Origin: Calditrichales bacterium
GTDB taxonomy: Bacteria > Calditrichota > Calditrichia > Calditrichales > J004
Assembly (NCBI GenBank): GCA_965267575.1
Contig: OZ254086.1
Location: 2,976,001 to 3,040,000 of the forward strand
Length of the DNA stretch: 64,000 nucleotides
Direction of reading: 5' to 3'
The position numbers were made by a program, and so were the translations under genes. Below the pieces are notes generated by a model. That model searched no databases. It was not told where the DNA came from and was given only the letters and a program-made list of their open reading frames with translations. Shown one piece after another: positions 37,457 to 47,264 of this stretch. Position 1 is the stretch's first letter; the number at the start of each line of letters is the position of its first letter.

Positions 37457-39352
37457 GTGCAAAACCCGGTTGCCAAATTCTTAACCACGATTTCTCCATT
37501 CAATTACCTGCCTGAAGATGTTCTTGAAAAGATCTCCTCCAGGATCGAAATACGTGAAGAAAATCAGAATACGATTCTCTTCACGCAATCTCTGAGCAAA
37601 GTCGAAAGCCTGTGCGTTATTCAAAAAGGCGCGCTGGAGATCTACTATGATGACGGTAAGCAGAAAGTGCTGCAGGGCTTTCTCAGTGAAGGCGAAATGT
37701 ACGGCGGTATTTCGATTCTTTTGCATAACAAAAAGTCTATTCAAACGGTACGCGTACACGAAAAATCAACTTTGCTTTTTTTGCCTGCCGCCGAATTTTT
37801 ACGTCTTTGCCGCAACTATCATGAGTTTTCCTCCTTTTTCACAGATACGTTTGGCAAGCGTATGCTGGACAGATCCTATGCGGCGATAATTTCCAAATCT
37901 GCTCCGGAAGTTTTTGACAGCGGCATTTCCATTTTTCAGCAAAAAATTGAAGATATAGCCGGTGCAAAGCTGATTTCCTGCGATATCGGCATTTCGATTC
38001 GCGAAGCTGCGTCCATAATGTCGCGGTACAAAACAAGCGCCTTGCTGATAACGAAGGGCAAAACATTCACGGGAATCGTTACAGATAAGGACTTTCGCGA
38101 AAAAGTAGTGGCAGGTGGTCTAGATAGCAGCGATCCCGTCCAAGGGATCATGTCCAGCCCGCTGATTGTGCTGGAAAGTGATACGCCTGTTTTTGAAGCG
38201 CTGTTTTTTATGATGGACAAAAAGATAAAGCATCTCCTGATCGGGGCACGGGACAAGGGCATCTCCGGTATTGTAACCGACCGGGATATCGCCCTGGCTC
38301 AGGGGCAGTCTCCCATGCACCTTTTACAAAAAATAAGTTCCGCTCAAAGTGCTGAGGAACTGTTTCCTATTCACGGGATGTTGCCGCAAATTATCAAAAC
38401 GATGATCCAAAGTGGTGCAAGGGCCGAGCTTGTCAATCGTCTGGTCACTCACGTTTCTGATGAAACACTGAAAAAGCTTGTGGAACTGGCCGTTAAGAAG
38501 CTGGGCCAGGTGCCATGCCCGTTTGTATTTATGATTATGGGTAGCGAAGGACGCAGGGAGCAGACGCTCAAAACCGATCAGGATAATGCGATTGTATACG
38601 CAAACGACGGAAATGACGAAAAGACGAGTGACTATTTTTTGCGGCTGGGCGAAATGGTTTGCGATTGGTTGGACAAGGCAGGGTATACTTTGTGCAAAGG
38701 CAAGGTTATGGCGCAAAACCCGAAATGGTGCCAACCGCTGGATTCATGGAAAGAGTATTTCAGCAAGTGGATAGCGACACCGGAACCCATGGCGTTAATG
38801 CACGCAAGCATATTTTTCGATTTCAGGTGCGGGTATGGTGACGAGAGTTTGATTGATGCTTTGCGCGAACATCTGTTCGAGAAACTCTCCGTAAGGGAGA
38901 CAGGGCTTTTTTATTATCACCTGGCCCAAAATGCCATGCAATTTAAACCGCCGTTGGGCTTCTTTCGTAATTTTGTCGTGGAATCTCATGGTAAGCATAA
39001 AGATGCTTTTGATATCAAAAAGGCTATGACGCCCATTGTGGATTTTATGCGTCTGTATGCGCTGGCCAATAAAGTACCTGAGACCAATACGCTTAGAAGA
39101 CTACAATCGTTATATGAGCTTAATGTATTCAACCAAAACGAATATGACGAGTTGAAACAGTCTTATACATATCTTATGCAGTTGCGTTTTGCACGTCAGC
39201 TAAAAGCTATTTTAGAGGAACAGGCCGGGCCAGACAACTATATTGTTCCCGGAAGTCTGAGTCATATAGAGCAAAAATTGTTAAAAGAGATATTCAGCCT
39301 GATTGAAAATTTCCAACAAAAGCTGAGTGTAAAGTTTACCGGTATGGCTTAA
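37457..39352 (+). CDS. cNMP-binding/CBS/DUF294 putative nucleotidyltransferase
   Basis: N-terminal cNMP-binding fold; CBS pair (GIVTDKD, GIVTDRD); MGSEGRREQTLKTDQDNA NTase motif; DUF294_C FDIKK. Confidence 0.88.
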   Translation: MQNPVAKFLTTISPFNYLPEDVLEKISSRIEIREENQNTILFTQSLSKVESLCVIQKGALEIYYDDGKQKVLQGFLSEGEMYGGISILLHNKKSIQTVRVHEKSTLLFLPAAEFLRLCRNYHEFSSFFTDTFGKRMLDRSYAAIISKSAPEVFDSGISIFQQKIEDIAGAKLISCDIGISIREAASIMSRYKTSALLITKGKTFTGIVTDKDFREKVVAGGLDSSDPVQGIMSSPLIVLESDTPVFEALFFMMDKKIKHLLIGARDKGISGIVTDRDIALAQGQSPMHLLQKISSAQSAEELFPIHGMLPQIIKTMIQSGARAELVNRLVTHVSDETLKKLVELAVKKLGQVPCPFVFMIMGSEGRREQTLKTDQDNAIVYANDGNDEKTSDYFLRLGEMVCDWLDKAGYTLCKGKVMAQNPKWCQPLDSWKEYFSKWIATPEPMALMHASIFFDFRCGYGDESLIDALREHLFEKLSVRETGLFYYHLAQNAMQFKPPLGFFRNFVVESHGKHKDAFDIKKAMTPIVDFMRLYALANKVPETNTLRRLQSLYELNVFNQNEYDELKQSYTYLMQLRFARQLKAILEEQAGPDNYIVPGSLSHIEQKLLKEIFSLIENFQQKLSVKFTGMA

Positions 39353-41475
39353 TAAGTAATGCGGGCGTAGTATGTTTTTTGCGAAGCGCGGTAGGCCTGT
39401 TCCAGCGTTGCAATGCCCTTTTCCGCCAGCATCGGGAGAAGTTTAAGAAGTATCTCTGCTGTTACCTTTGCGTCACCCAGAGCGGTGTGCCGTCCGGAGA
39501 TAGTCAAGCCGAATCGTGAGGCGATGGCGTCCAGGCTATGGCTGTCCTGGTTCTCGTGGATTGAAGCAGAAAGCAGAAGCGTATCCAGCACCGGATTGTC
39601 AAACTTCAGGCCCAGCTTTTTTTCCTTGAGTTGTAAAAAACGCATGTCAAACGCGGCATTATGAGCAACAAGAACAGCATTCGCGCAATAAGCGTGAAAA
39701 GCCGGCAACACGCTTTCTATGGATGGCTGGCCCTTTAAGACCTGCTCGCTTATACCGGTAATTTCGGTTGTGAGGCTGGAAATTTTTCTTCCCGGATCCA
39801 CAAGTTGTTCATACTGTTCAGACAAAATTCTGCCATTTACAATTCTGACTGCTGCCAAGGAAATAATTTCGTCACCTTGCGATGGGTAAAGACCGGTTGT
39901 TTCAGCATCAAAAACAACATATTCCAGCTTGCTTAGCGCGGTGTGTTCCAGCTTTTTCAGCAAAGGCGTGTGTTTAAAAAGGTCAAAATCGTAAAACTCC
40001 GGCCGCGATCCATACAGAATATTTGGAGTTTTTATTTCGCTATGGGCAGCGTCTGCCCGGTTTAATAGGATGCGAATTACCTGCGTATCACCTTTTTCCG
40101 GAAACTGCCAGATGCGTGCATTGTGACGGCTTACTACGTCAGCTATGCTGAATGGAAGTTCCAGTTTGTTGGTTTCTATTTTACGTTCAAGCAATTCATC
40201 ACTTAGGGTAAAGCTCCCGCCATGCCACACAATATCAATCCTGACAAATTTTTCGTCACCGCTTGTCCTGAATGAAAGCTCCCTGCCCGTTGTTGTTTCA
40301 CTAATTTGCTTCACGAGAAATAGAAGCATGTTTACAAAGGAAAAGTTTTCTACGGCAACCCAGATATCTTCCGGGCACTTATCCGGCTTAAGTATTATGG
40401 GGGGCAGCGCGTTGGCGGCGCGACTAATCTGTGCAACCAGGCTTTCACATTGAATTTGTTCAAGCGGCCAGTCGATACCAAAGTGGTCTTTATAGCGTTC
40501 AATCGTTTTATTGATATGGGTCGTCATGCGTGACGCCTCTTCCAGGATAATGCGGTTAAAATCATCCCGTTGCGATTCCTGCATATCTTTATATCCCACG
40601 ATTGTTTCAATGGCCGCACGAATATTTGCCACGGACGAACGTATAGCATTAATGAGCGATTCCATCATTTCGTATCTGTCCAGGTCACGCCCCAACTCTT
40701 CCGAAAAATCATGAAGCATCAGGATAAAGCCGATGTTGCGGTTTTCGTGCAATACAGGGATAACGCGAATACGCAGGGTAACGGTTTCTGAAACAGCATA
40801 TACGAGCTGGGCGTATGGCTTATCGTGCTGTGTCCGTTTGTATGCAATCTCCTCCAAAGCGTGTGTAATAATTTCCCCGGGCAGGATTTTCGTTATATCG
40901 CGCCCAATGCCTACGAACTTTCCGGCGCTGCCCGCTTGCTCTCCGTTTCTCGTGAATATCTCCTGGGCTTTGTTGTTATACAAAACGATCATGCTGTTAT
41001 TGTTGCAGATAATAATACCATCATTCAATTCGGCTATAAGTGAAGCCAGTATGTTTTTTTCTTCTTCAAGATCATTCCGAGCTTCCGCAATTTTATTTTC
41101 AATCCCTGCCTCTATTTCGCGGATTTCCTGAAAATGACGGCTAATCAGGTCCGCCAGCTTTTGAAGTTCGCGGGCGCCTTTTGTTTTAAGGCAGTATGTA
41201 TGGTCGGAATTTTTTAGTATTTCGGCATCCTCCGCCAATTTGCGCAGGGGTATCAGGTAGCGGAAAAATATCCAGCGGGCTATATAGCTTAGCAGCAAGA
41301 TTAACACAACACTGCTGGAAAAAACATAAACCTTGCTGCTTACAAGCAGTTTTATCAGGTTGTTTTGGTCCGTGGCATCAAGCTGTAGCCAGAAACCTGC
41401 AATACCGATAAAAATAGCAACCAGCGGAAGTATGATAATTAGCAGCAATCCCGCCAGCAGAGTATGCCTTTTCAT
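39349..41475 (-). CDS. Membrane TM-HAMP-PAS-degenerate kinase protein fused to a DEDDh 3'-5' exonuclease domain
   Basis: Two TM helices, HAMP-like segment, PAS (ELNDGIIIC), HisKA-like helix pair, C-terminal VVFDAETTG, AHNAAFD, HTALGDA. Confidence 0.82.
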   Translation of the reverse strand: MKRHTLLAGLLLIIILPLVAIFIGIAGFWLQLDATDQNNLIKLLVSSKVYVFSSSVVLILLLSYIARWIFFRYLIPLRKLAEDAEILKNSDHTYCLKTKGARELQKLADLISRHFQEIREIEAGIENKIAEARNDLEEEKNILASLIAELNDGIIICNNNSMIVLYNNKAQEIFTRNGEQAGSAGKFVGIGRDITKILPGEIITHALEEIAYKRTQHDKPYAQLVYAVSETVTLRIRVIPVLHENRNIGFILMLHDFSEELGRDLDRYEMMESLINAIRSSVANIRAAIETIVGYKDMQESQRDDFNRIILEEASRMTTHINKTIERYKDHFGIDWPLEQIQCESLVAQISRAANALPPIILKPDKCPEDIWVAVENFSFVNMLLFLVKQISETTTGRELSFRTSGDEKFVRIDIVWHGGSFTLSDELLERKIETNKLELPFSIADVVSRHNARIWQFPEKGDTQVIRILLNRADAAHSEIKTPNILYGSRPEFYDFDLFKHTPLLKKLEHTALSKLEYVVFDAETTGLYPSQGDEIISLAAVRIVNGRILSEQYEQLVDPGRKISSLTTEITGISEQVLKGQPSIESVLPAFHAYCANAVLVAHNAAFDMRFLQLKEKKLGLKFDNPVLDTLLLSASIHENQDSHSLDAIASRFGLTISGRHTALGDAKVTAEILLKLLPMLAEKGIATLEQAYRASQKTYYARITY

Positions 41476-41841
41476 TTAACCTTGCAGGATTTCGTGAACT
41501 TTATTAACAAGTTCTTTGGTGGAGAATGGTTTAACTATGTAGCTGTCGGCGCCGGCGGATTTGCCCCGCTCAATATCGGCGTCGCGGCCTTTTGCTGTAA
41601 GCATAATAATCTTAACAGAGCTGTATTTTTTGTTTGCCCGCAATGTCTGGCATATCTCGAAGCCGCTGCGAAAGGGCAACATAACATCAAGCAGAATCAG
41701 GTCGGGCATATATTGCGGTACAATCTCCAGGGCTTCTTCTCCGCTGCGTGCCACGCGCACGTGATAGCCGTTTTGCATCATAAGAAATTCGAGAGATATT
41801 ACGATATTAGGTTCGTCGTCAACAATCAGCACTTTTTTCAT
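41476..41841 (-). CDS. Stand-alone response regulator (receiver domain only)
   Basis: VLIVDDE, LLDVMLP, LTA, KPF; 121 aa with no output domain. Confidence 0.92.
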   Translation of the reverse strand: MKKVLIVDDEPNIVISLEFLMMQNGYHVRVARSGEEALEIVPQYMPDLILLDVMLPFRSGFEICQTLRANKKYSSVKIIMLTAKGRDADIERGKSAGADSYIVKPFSTKELVNKVHEILQG

Positions 41842-44594
41842 GATTGCACCTCCTGTTCTTGCGGGACCTGGCTGGGAAGACTAAAAATGAACAGCGCGCC
41901 TTCCCCCGGCTTGCTTTCCACCCAAATTTTTCCCCCATGTGCTTCCACAATTTGGCGCGTTATTGAAAGCCCAAGCCCGCTGCCGGCGTGCCGCTGCTCT
42001 TTGGCGGCAGATTTGGCCTGCCTGAATTTGTCGAAAATTATATTTTGGTCATCTTTGTCAATGCCAATTCCGTTGTCCTTTACCGAAACGCGAACGTGTT
42101 CGTTTTCGCGCTTTACGGTTACGATAACCTGGCCCATTTCCTCGTCGCAAAACTTGAGGGCATTGGAAAGAAGGTTGAGCATTACCTGCATCAGGCGATC
42201 ATGGTCTCCTCTTATGAAAATGCTGTCTTTATCGCAATTCATGTCCAGCACAACCCGTTTTTCTTCAAATACTTTATGAATGGCGGCTACAGCCTCATTT
42301 ACAAGCGCGCACATATCCAGTGTTTTATACTGCCATTCCATTTCGTGAGATTCGATTTTTTGAATATCAAGTATTTGGCTGATCAGTCTCGTAAGACGTT
42401 CAGTCTCGCTGATAATAATGCCGAGGAAATTCTTGCGTTGAGCTGCGTCAATGTCGGGATTGTCGTAGAGTATTTCTGAGAAAGCTCGCACGGAGGTGAG
42501 AGGTGTGCGCAATTCATGGGTTATTGTAGAGATGAAATCATCCTTAAATTGATCCATTTTTTTTAACTGTTCGTTAGCGTTACGCAGCTGCCTCGTCGCT
42601 TCCTGCAGTTGCAGCGATTTTCTTTCCAGTTCCCGGCTGTAGGCAACGATTTGTTGTGTCTCATCCAGGATGTGCATTACCTCATCCAGTGAAACAGGTT
42701 TTTCCTTTACCAGCGCGGAGACCATGACCCGGGCCGAGGCCGAGCCGATCACACCGGAAAGTCTTTTTTCCACAAGATTGATCAGGTCGGGTCCTGCCGT
42801 ATAGGTTGTTTCAATATTTACATTGCTTTTTTTTGCATAGGCGCGGAAAAGCCGGTCGGTTTTTCTTTCTCCAATAAAACGGCGCAGCAGCAGGCGCAGG
42901 TCAGCGACAGATGCCGTGCCTCTGCCTAATGAACGGTGTTCCAGTTCCGGCGAGTATTTGTTTATGTCCACGAAGAGAGTTGCCTGGCTATGCTCAATAG
43001 CCGTCGGTTTCGCGAAAATCGAAACGATGATGTACAAGCCGCTGTTGAACAACAGGCTCCAGAAGAGAGCATGCATAATTTCGTCCAGCCCGCTGAGGCC
43101 GAATAGTGCAGTAGGCCTTAACATCTCAATGCCAAAAAGGCCCCTTTCCAGCAATGATTGCGGCAAAAGCTCGGCTGAAACAAGGGAAGGGACCGTAAGC
43201 GTGTAGGCCCACAGCAAAAAACCGGCGATTAAACCGCTCATGGCGCCGGCACGGGTACCGCCTTTCCAGAACATGCCACCCAGGAAACTCGGCGCGAACT
43301 GGGCTACGGCTGTAAAGGAAATCAAACCAATGCTTACCAGCGTATAGTGCGATCCGATAAGTTTGTAGTAAAAGTAGCCCATCAGCAGGATAAGAATAAT
43401 GGCCCCGCGACGTATAAGAAGCAGGATCCCGCGCAGATCCTGTTCTTTATTGAAGTTGAGGAATTTCGAGCGCAGCAGTAGAGGCATCATCATATCGTTA
43501 CTAACCATAATGCTGAGTGCGATAGCCGCCACGATAACCATGCCGGTTGCCGCAGACAGGCCGCCAAGAAAAACAACCAGCGCAATGCCTGTTTGTCCCA
43601 CTGCCAACGGAAGAGTAAGGACAAACGTATCGGCATCCACAGCGGCATCCTGAAAATGAATAACACCACCCAGCGCGATCGGTAATACGAAAATATTAAT
43701 CACCAGCAGATAAAGCGGAAACAGCCAGATCGCGTTGCGCAAATGATCTTCGTCTACGTTTTCAACTACGGCAAGCTGAAACTGCCGTGGAAGAAAGAGT
43801 ATGGCCAGCATGGACAAAAACATCAATCCGAACCACGCTCCTCTTTCCGTTGCGGCGTTTTCAGTGAACATGGCGGAAATACGCGGATCGGAAAGAGCGC
43901 GGTCAAAAATATCCCTGAAACCGTCAAACAGACCGTATGTTACAAAAAACCCAACCAGCAAAAAGGCCAGTAGTTTAATAAGAGATTCAAAAGCAATAGC
44001 GGCTACCAGGCCTTCATGACGCTCCGTAACATCAATATGCCGTGTCCCGAAAAAGATCGCAAAAACCGCGAGTATAAGCGTAACATACAAGGCAGTATCC
44101 TGAATGATAGGAATGTCTTCCGGCTGCGTATAGGCCAGCATGTCGGGATAGTGGCTAATTATCATATAGCTGGAAGAGATTGCCTTAAGCTGCAGCGAAA
44201 TATAAGGCACGATGCCCATGACGGCGATTATCGTGACAGCCCCACCCAGAACAACACTCTTTCCGTAACGTGATGAGATGAAGTCCGCAATAGAGGTGAT
44301 ATGATGTGTCTTGCTTATGCGGATCATTTTTCGCAGTATAACCCACCAAAGTGGAGCCAATAACGTGGGACCAAGATAGATTGGCAGGAAATCGAGTCCG
44401 CTGCTTGCCGCGCGGCCAACGCTGCCGTAAAAGGTCCAGGCAGAGCAATAAACCGCTAGTGAAAGCGCGTAAAAGTAGGGATTACTGATTATGCTTTTCT
44501 TTTCATCGGCACGTTTATCTCCGTACCATGCAATCAAAAACAGAAAGCCGATATATACAAAAGAGATTAACAGTATTAGCCAGTTTGAAAGCAT
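41838..44594 (-). CDS. SLC5 (sodium:solute symporter)-STAC sensor histidine kinase, CrbS/MxtR-like
   Basis: SLAVYCSAWTFYGSVG, LPRQF, AFESLIKL in the SLC5 part; STAC (DLRLLLRRFIG...SGVIGSASAR); HELRTPL, NLLSNALKF, DNGIGI, GSGLGL; start at 44594 overlaps the upstream stop (TGATG). Confidence 0.88.
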   Translation of the reverse strand: MLSNWLILLISFVYIGFLFLIAWYGDKRADEKKSIISNPYFYALSLAVYCSAWTFYGSVGRAASSGLDFLPIYLGPTLLAPLWWVILRKMIRISKTHHITSIADFISSRYGKSVVLGGAVTIIAVMGIVPYISLQLKAISSSYMIISHYPDMLAYTQPEDIPIIQDTALYVTLILAVFAIFFGTRHIDVTERHEGLVAAIAFESLIKLLAFLLVGFFVTYGLFDGFRDIFDRALSDPRISAMFTENAATERGAWFGLMFLSMLAILFLPRQFQLAVVENVDEDHLRNAIWLFPLYLLVINIFVLPIALGGVIHFQDAAVDADTFVLTLPLAVGQTGIALVVFLGGLSAATGMVIVAAIALSIMVSNDMMMPLLLRSKFLNFNKEQDLRGILLLIRRGAIILILLMGYFYYKLIGSHYTLVSIGLISFTAVAQFAPSFLGGMFWKGGTRAGAMSGLIAGFLLWAYTLTVPSLVSAELLPQSLLERGLFGIEMLRPTALFGLSGLDEIMHALFWSLLFNSGLYIIVSIFAKPTAIEHSQATLFVDINKYSPELEHRSLGRGTASVADLRLLLRRFIGERKTDRLFRAYAKKSNVNIETTYTAGPDLINLVEKRLSGVIGSASARVMVSALVKEKPVSLDEVMHILDETQQIVAYSRELERKSLQLQEATRQLRNANEQLKKMDQFKDDFISTITHELRTPLTSVRAFSEILYDNPDIDAAQRKNFLGIIISETERLTRLISQILDIQKIESHEMEWQYKTLDMCALVNEAVAAIHKVFEEKRVVLDMNCDKDSIFIRGDHDRLMQVMLNLLSNALKFCDEEMGQVIVTVKRENEHVRVSVKDNGIGIDKDDQNIIFDKFRQAKSAAKEQRHAGSGLGLSITRQIVEAHGGKIWVESKPGEGALFIFSLPSQVPQEQEVQS

Positions 44595-44812
44595 CAGTGA
44601 TTCTTTGTTTTGGATTTGAAAAAGACAATTGTAATTATAGCTGAAAACGCAATCAAAACAGCCCAAACCAGAAACAGGTAGAACAAAAGAGCGGGCATAC
44701 CTAAAATGATCACCTCTTCGTTAAAAATACCTGCAAGGGGTTGATTAAACAGTAAAAAGCCCAAAATAAAAACGGCGATTAAAAGCTGGCGAAGCTTGGC
44801 GGAAGATTTCAT
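44594..44812 (-). CDS. Small 2-TM protein translationally coupled to the SLC5 kinase
   Basis: 72 aa; LLFNQPL...ILGMPALLFYLFLVWAVLI; its stop overlaps the kinase start. Confidence 0.7.
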   Translation of the reverse strand: MKSSAKLRQLLIAVFILGFLLFNQPLAGIFNEEVIILGMPALLFYLFLVWAVLIAFSAIITIVFFKSKTKNH

Positions 44813-45026
44813 TTTAAGACAGGCCTGTTAAGGTGGAAAGAATATTAAAAATATAGCCGTCACCGCCCGATTGCGCAAGGCTTTTTACCGGCTGAATCGG
44901 ATTTAAATATGCTTGCCTGCGTAGAAAGATACGTTGTCACAAATGATTATTTTTTTAGCGCTTGCGCCAGATGTCGACGGAACATTTATCTTTTCCCTTG
45001 CACAACAAAATATTTTTTGATTGCCT

Positions 45027-46358
45027 TTAAGGCCTGTCGGCAATAGATCTGAACCAAGCGGCCATCATTTCAACGTAACCGGGTGCGGCGCGCGGCCAGT
45101 CCTTTTCCCGCAGGCTTTCTTGCGAAATGCCGTGGCCCGCGGCGGGAAAAACGTGGAGCTTGTATTGATTGTTGCCTGCAAAATTGAGGCCGGCGGCGAT
45201 AACATCGCGGCTATATCCTGCTGGCAGGTTTCCATCTTCAGCGCCCCAGATTCCCAGCACCGGCACATTGATTTCACGCCACCAGGCCGGCGGATCTACA
45301 AACATGGTTGCCCAATCCGCCACATTGATCTGTTCGTAAATCTCGCCTTCCCCGCTAAACATTAAGCGTCTGAATACCGGACTTTGTGCCCAGTTTGCTT
45401 TCGGAGCGTTGATAAGGGAAACGGCATGGGCGCGTTGCTCCGCAGAGCCGGTGCGGTAGAATTCATACAGGGCGCGCAAGCCTTTCTTTGCCTGCTCAAT
45501 TTCCGACGCGGAAAACCCGGAATGTTGCAGCCGCGTGATCATGGAAAAGACGTTTTGCTCGGCCGGGGAGAGACCTGCCGCGGAGACTACAAACACAAAC
45601 GCCACATCTCTCTCTTCGGCAGCTACTTTTGGCGCCACCCAGCCACCCTGACTGATGCCGCCGATGCCCGTTTTAGCGCTGTCGATGCGGGGGTCTTTGC
45701 GCAGGTAACGGAACATGGTCCGCGCGTCTGCGGCCAGACGTTCAATCTTATATGCACCATCCCCCGTTGACGCGCCGGCGCCACGCTTGTCATATACCAA
45801 AACGGCCAGGCCATTTAAAGCCGCCAGGTTGGCCTTGCTGATGTAGGGGGCGGTATCACGCGTATCCGGCCCGGAACCGTGGGTTAAAACCATGGCAGGA
45901 TAGGGTGGATCGCCTACAGGAAAAATCACCTCTCCCGCCAGAGTTGCTCCATCATCTGCCGTAAGTTCAAACGGGTCACTACGCAATTCCGTGGCTGTTT
46001 CAGATGTCTGATAAAGCTGTGCTTTAGCCGGCCCGTCTTTAAAGTGCCAACTACCTTCGAGATAATCACCAAAAATTCTTCCTTCAAATCGGCTTGTTAA
46101 CCATTTCGTACGGAAACTTATCGTTTGGTCTCCAAAAGCAACACTATCCGTTTCCAGCAAAAACATGGCCCAATCCGGGACGGAAACTTTCACGATATGC
46201 TTTTCGCCATATTGCGATATGTGCAGCTTCACATTCCAGTAAAATCCGTCGCGCTTGATCTCACCATGCCAGTTGCCGTTCAGATTGGAGGCATTAAGGC
46301 TGGAGTAAGTAGCAATAAAGATAAAAAGTGTAATGATCACAGCTCTGCTAATAAGCAT
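45027..46358 (-). CDS. Exported alpha/beta-fold hydrolase (S9/CocE-like)
   Basis: HGSGP, YDKRGAG, GISQGG nucleophile elbow, WGAED, AGHG; signal peptide. Confidence 0.85.
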   Translation of the reverse strand: MLISRAVIITLFIFIATYSSLNASNLNGNWHGEIKRDGFYWNVKLHISQYGEKHIVKVSVPDWAMFLLETDSVAFGDQTISFRTKWLTSRFEGRIFGDYLEGSWHFKDGPAKAQLYQTSETATELRSDPFELTADDGATLAGEVIFPVGDPPYPAMVLTHGSGPDTRDTAPYISKANLAALNGLAVLVYDKRGAGASTGDGAYKIERLAADARTMFRYLRKDPRIDSAKTGIGGISQGGWVAPKVAAEERDVAFVFVVSAAGLSPAEQNVFSMITRLQHSGFSASEIEQAKKGLRALYEFYRTGSAEQRAHAVSLINAPKANWAQSPVFRRLMFSGEGEIYEQINVADWATMFVDPPAWWREINVPVLGIWGAEDGNLPAGYSRDVIAAGLNFAGNNQYKLHVFPAAGHGISQESLREKDWPRAAPGYVEMMAAWFRSIADRP

Positions 46359-46542
46359 CCGGTCCTCCTGGCTTTGTTCTCTTTACACAACTTATAATAT
46401 ATACAAGAAAATACAGATTGTTGCCTGAATTGCTGGCAGGCTTTAAAAATAAAATGCCGCCCATGTTTATGAACGGCATAGTCAAGTTTAATTAAGGCTG
46501 ACAAATTTAGCAGCTTGGTTTACGCAGTCGGTGAACCCTCAA

Positions 46543-47241
46543 CTAAAAATAAAGTGAAAGCCCAATCAATACGTTCGTATCACCGAAAATAATGCCTTTT
46601 TGGGTGCGACTGAATTTATCCACATAATCATCCTGATCTTCTATTACCCGTATTCTTGTGGATTTGTCCTTATCATAGAGGTAATAAATTCTAAAACCAT
46701 ATTCCGCGTGCAGGCTCATATTGTGCCTGAAAAACCATTCCAGGCCATAATTGAGTGTAAGACCAATTTGATAGCTGATATTTTCACTATCCTGTGTATA
46801 AGAAATGCCGCTACCCCCAACAGTGACTCTTTCCGTATCTGATTCCCCAATGTTTGCAGCCAGGCGCGGACCCACACCAAAAAACATTTTTAAGTCGTCA
46901 GCAGGATTAAAATAGTGCAGGTATTCAGCAGTAATCCCTAAAGAAATAAGATCCCTGTTTTGTTCATGGTCCAGGCTTAATGTATCAGAGCGGAAGTATT
47001 TATTATCCTCAACCACGTTAAGATTATTTCCTCTTGCGCTAATGCCAATGCGGTAGGCCGTTTTATCGGACGTGTGGTATTTGTAGGAAATCAACCCGCC
47101 TTTGAATGAATTAAATTCAAACAGGCCCCTTACGCCCAACTGCAGCGCATGGTCTTTAAAGACCCTTATACTATCCGTTTGCGCGGTAGCGGTTGAAACG
47201 AAAAATCCGAGCATTGCCAATATGAACAATCGTGACAACAT
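46543..47241 (-). CDS. Outer-membrane beta-barrel protein
   Basis: Signal peptide, alternating amphipathic strands, YGLEWFF..NMSLHAEY, terminal LSLYF. Confidence 0.72.
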   Translation of the reverse strand: MLSRLFILAMLGFFVSTATAQTDSIRVFKDHALQLGVRGLFEFNSFKGGLISYKYHTSDKTAYRIGISARGNNLNVVEDNKYFRSDTLSLDHEQNRDLISLGITAEYLHYFNPADDLKMFFGVGPRLAANIGESDTERVTVGGSGISYTQDSENISYQIGLTLNYGLEWFFRHNMSLHAEYGFRIYYLYDKDKSTRIRVIEDQDDYVDKFSRTQKGIIFGDTNVLIGLSLYF

Positions 47242-47264
47242 GATATTTTCCCCTATTTATTAGT

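Noticed and set aside
39349..41475. Annotation as dnaQ (Pol III epsilon)
   Set aside because: The DEDDh domain is fused to TM, HAMP and PAS regions within a signalling operon.
44595..44666. Upstream extension of the SLC5 kinase ORF
   Set aside because: Overlaps the small upstream gene; TGATG coupling supports ATG 44594.
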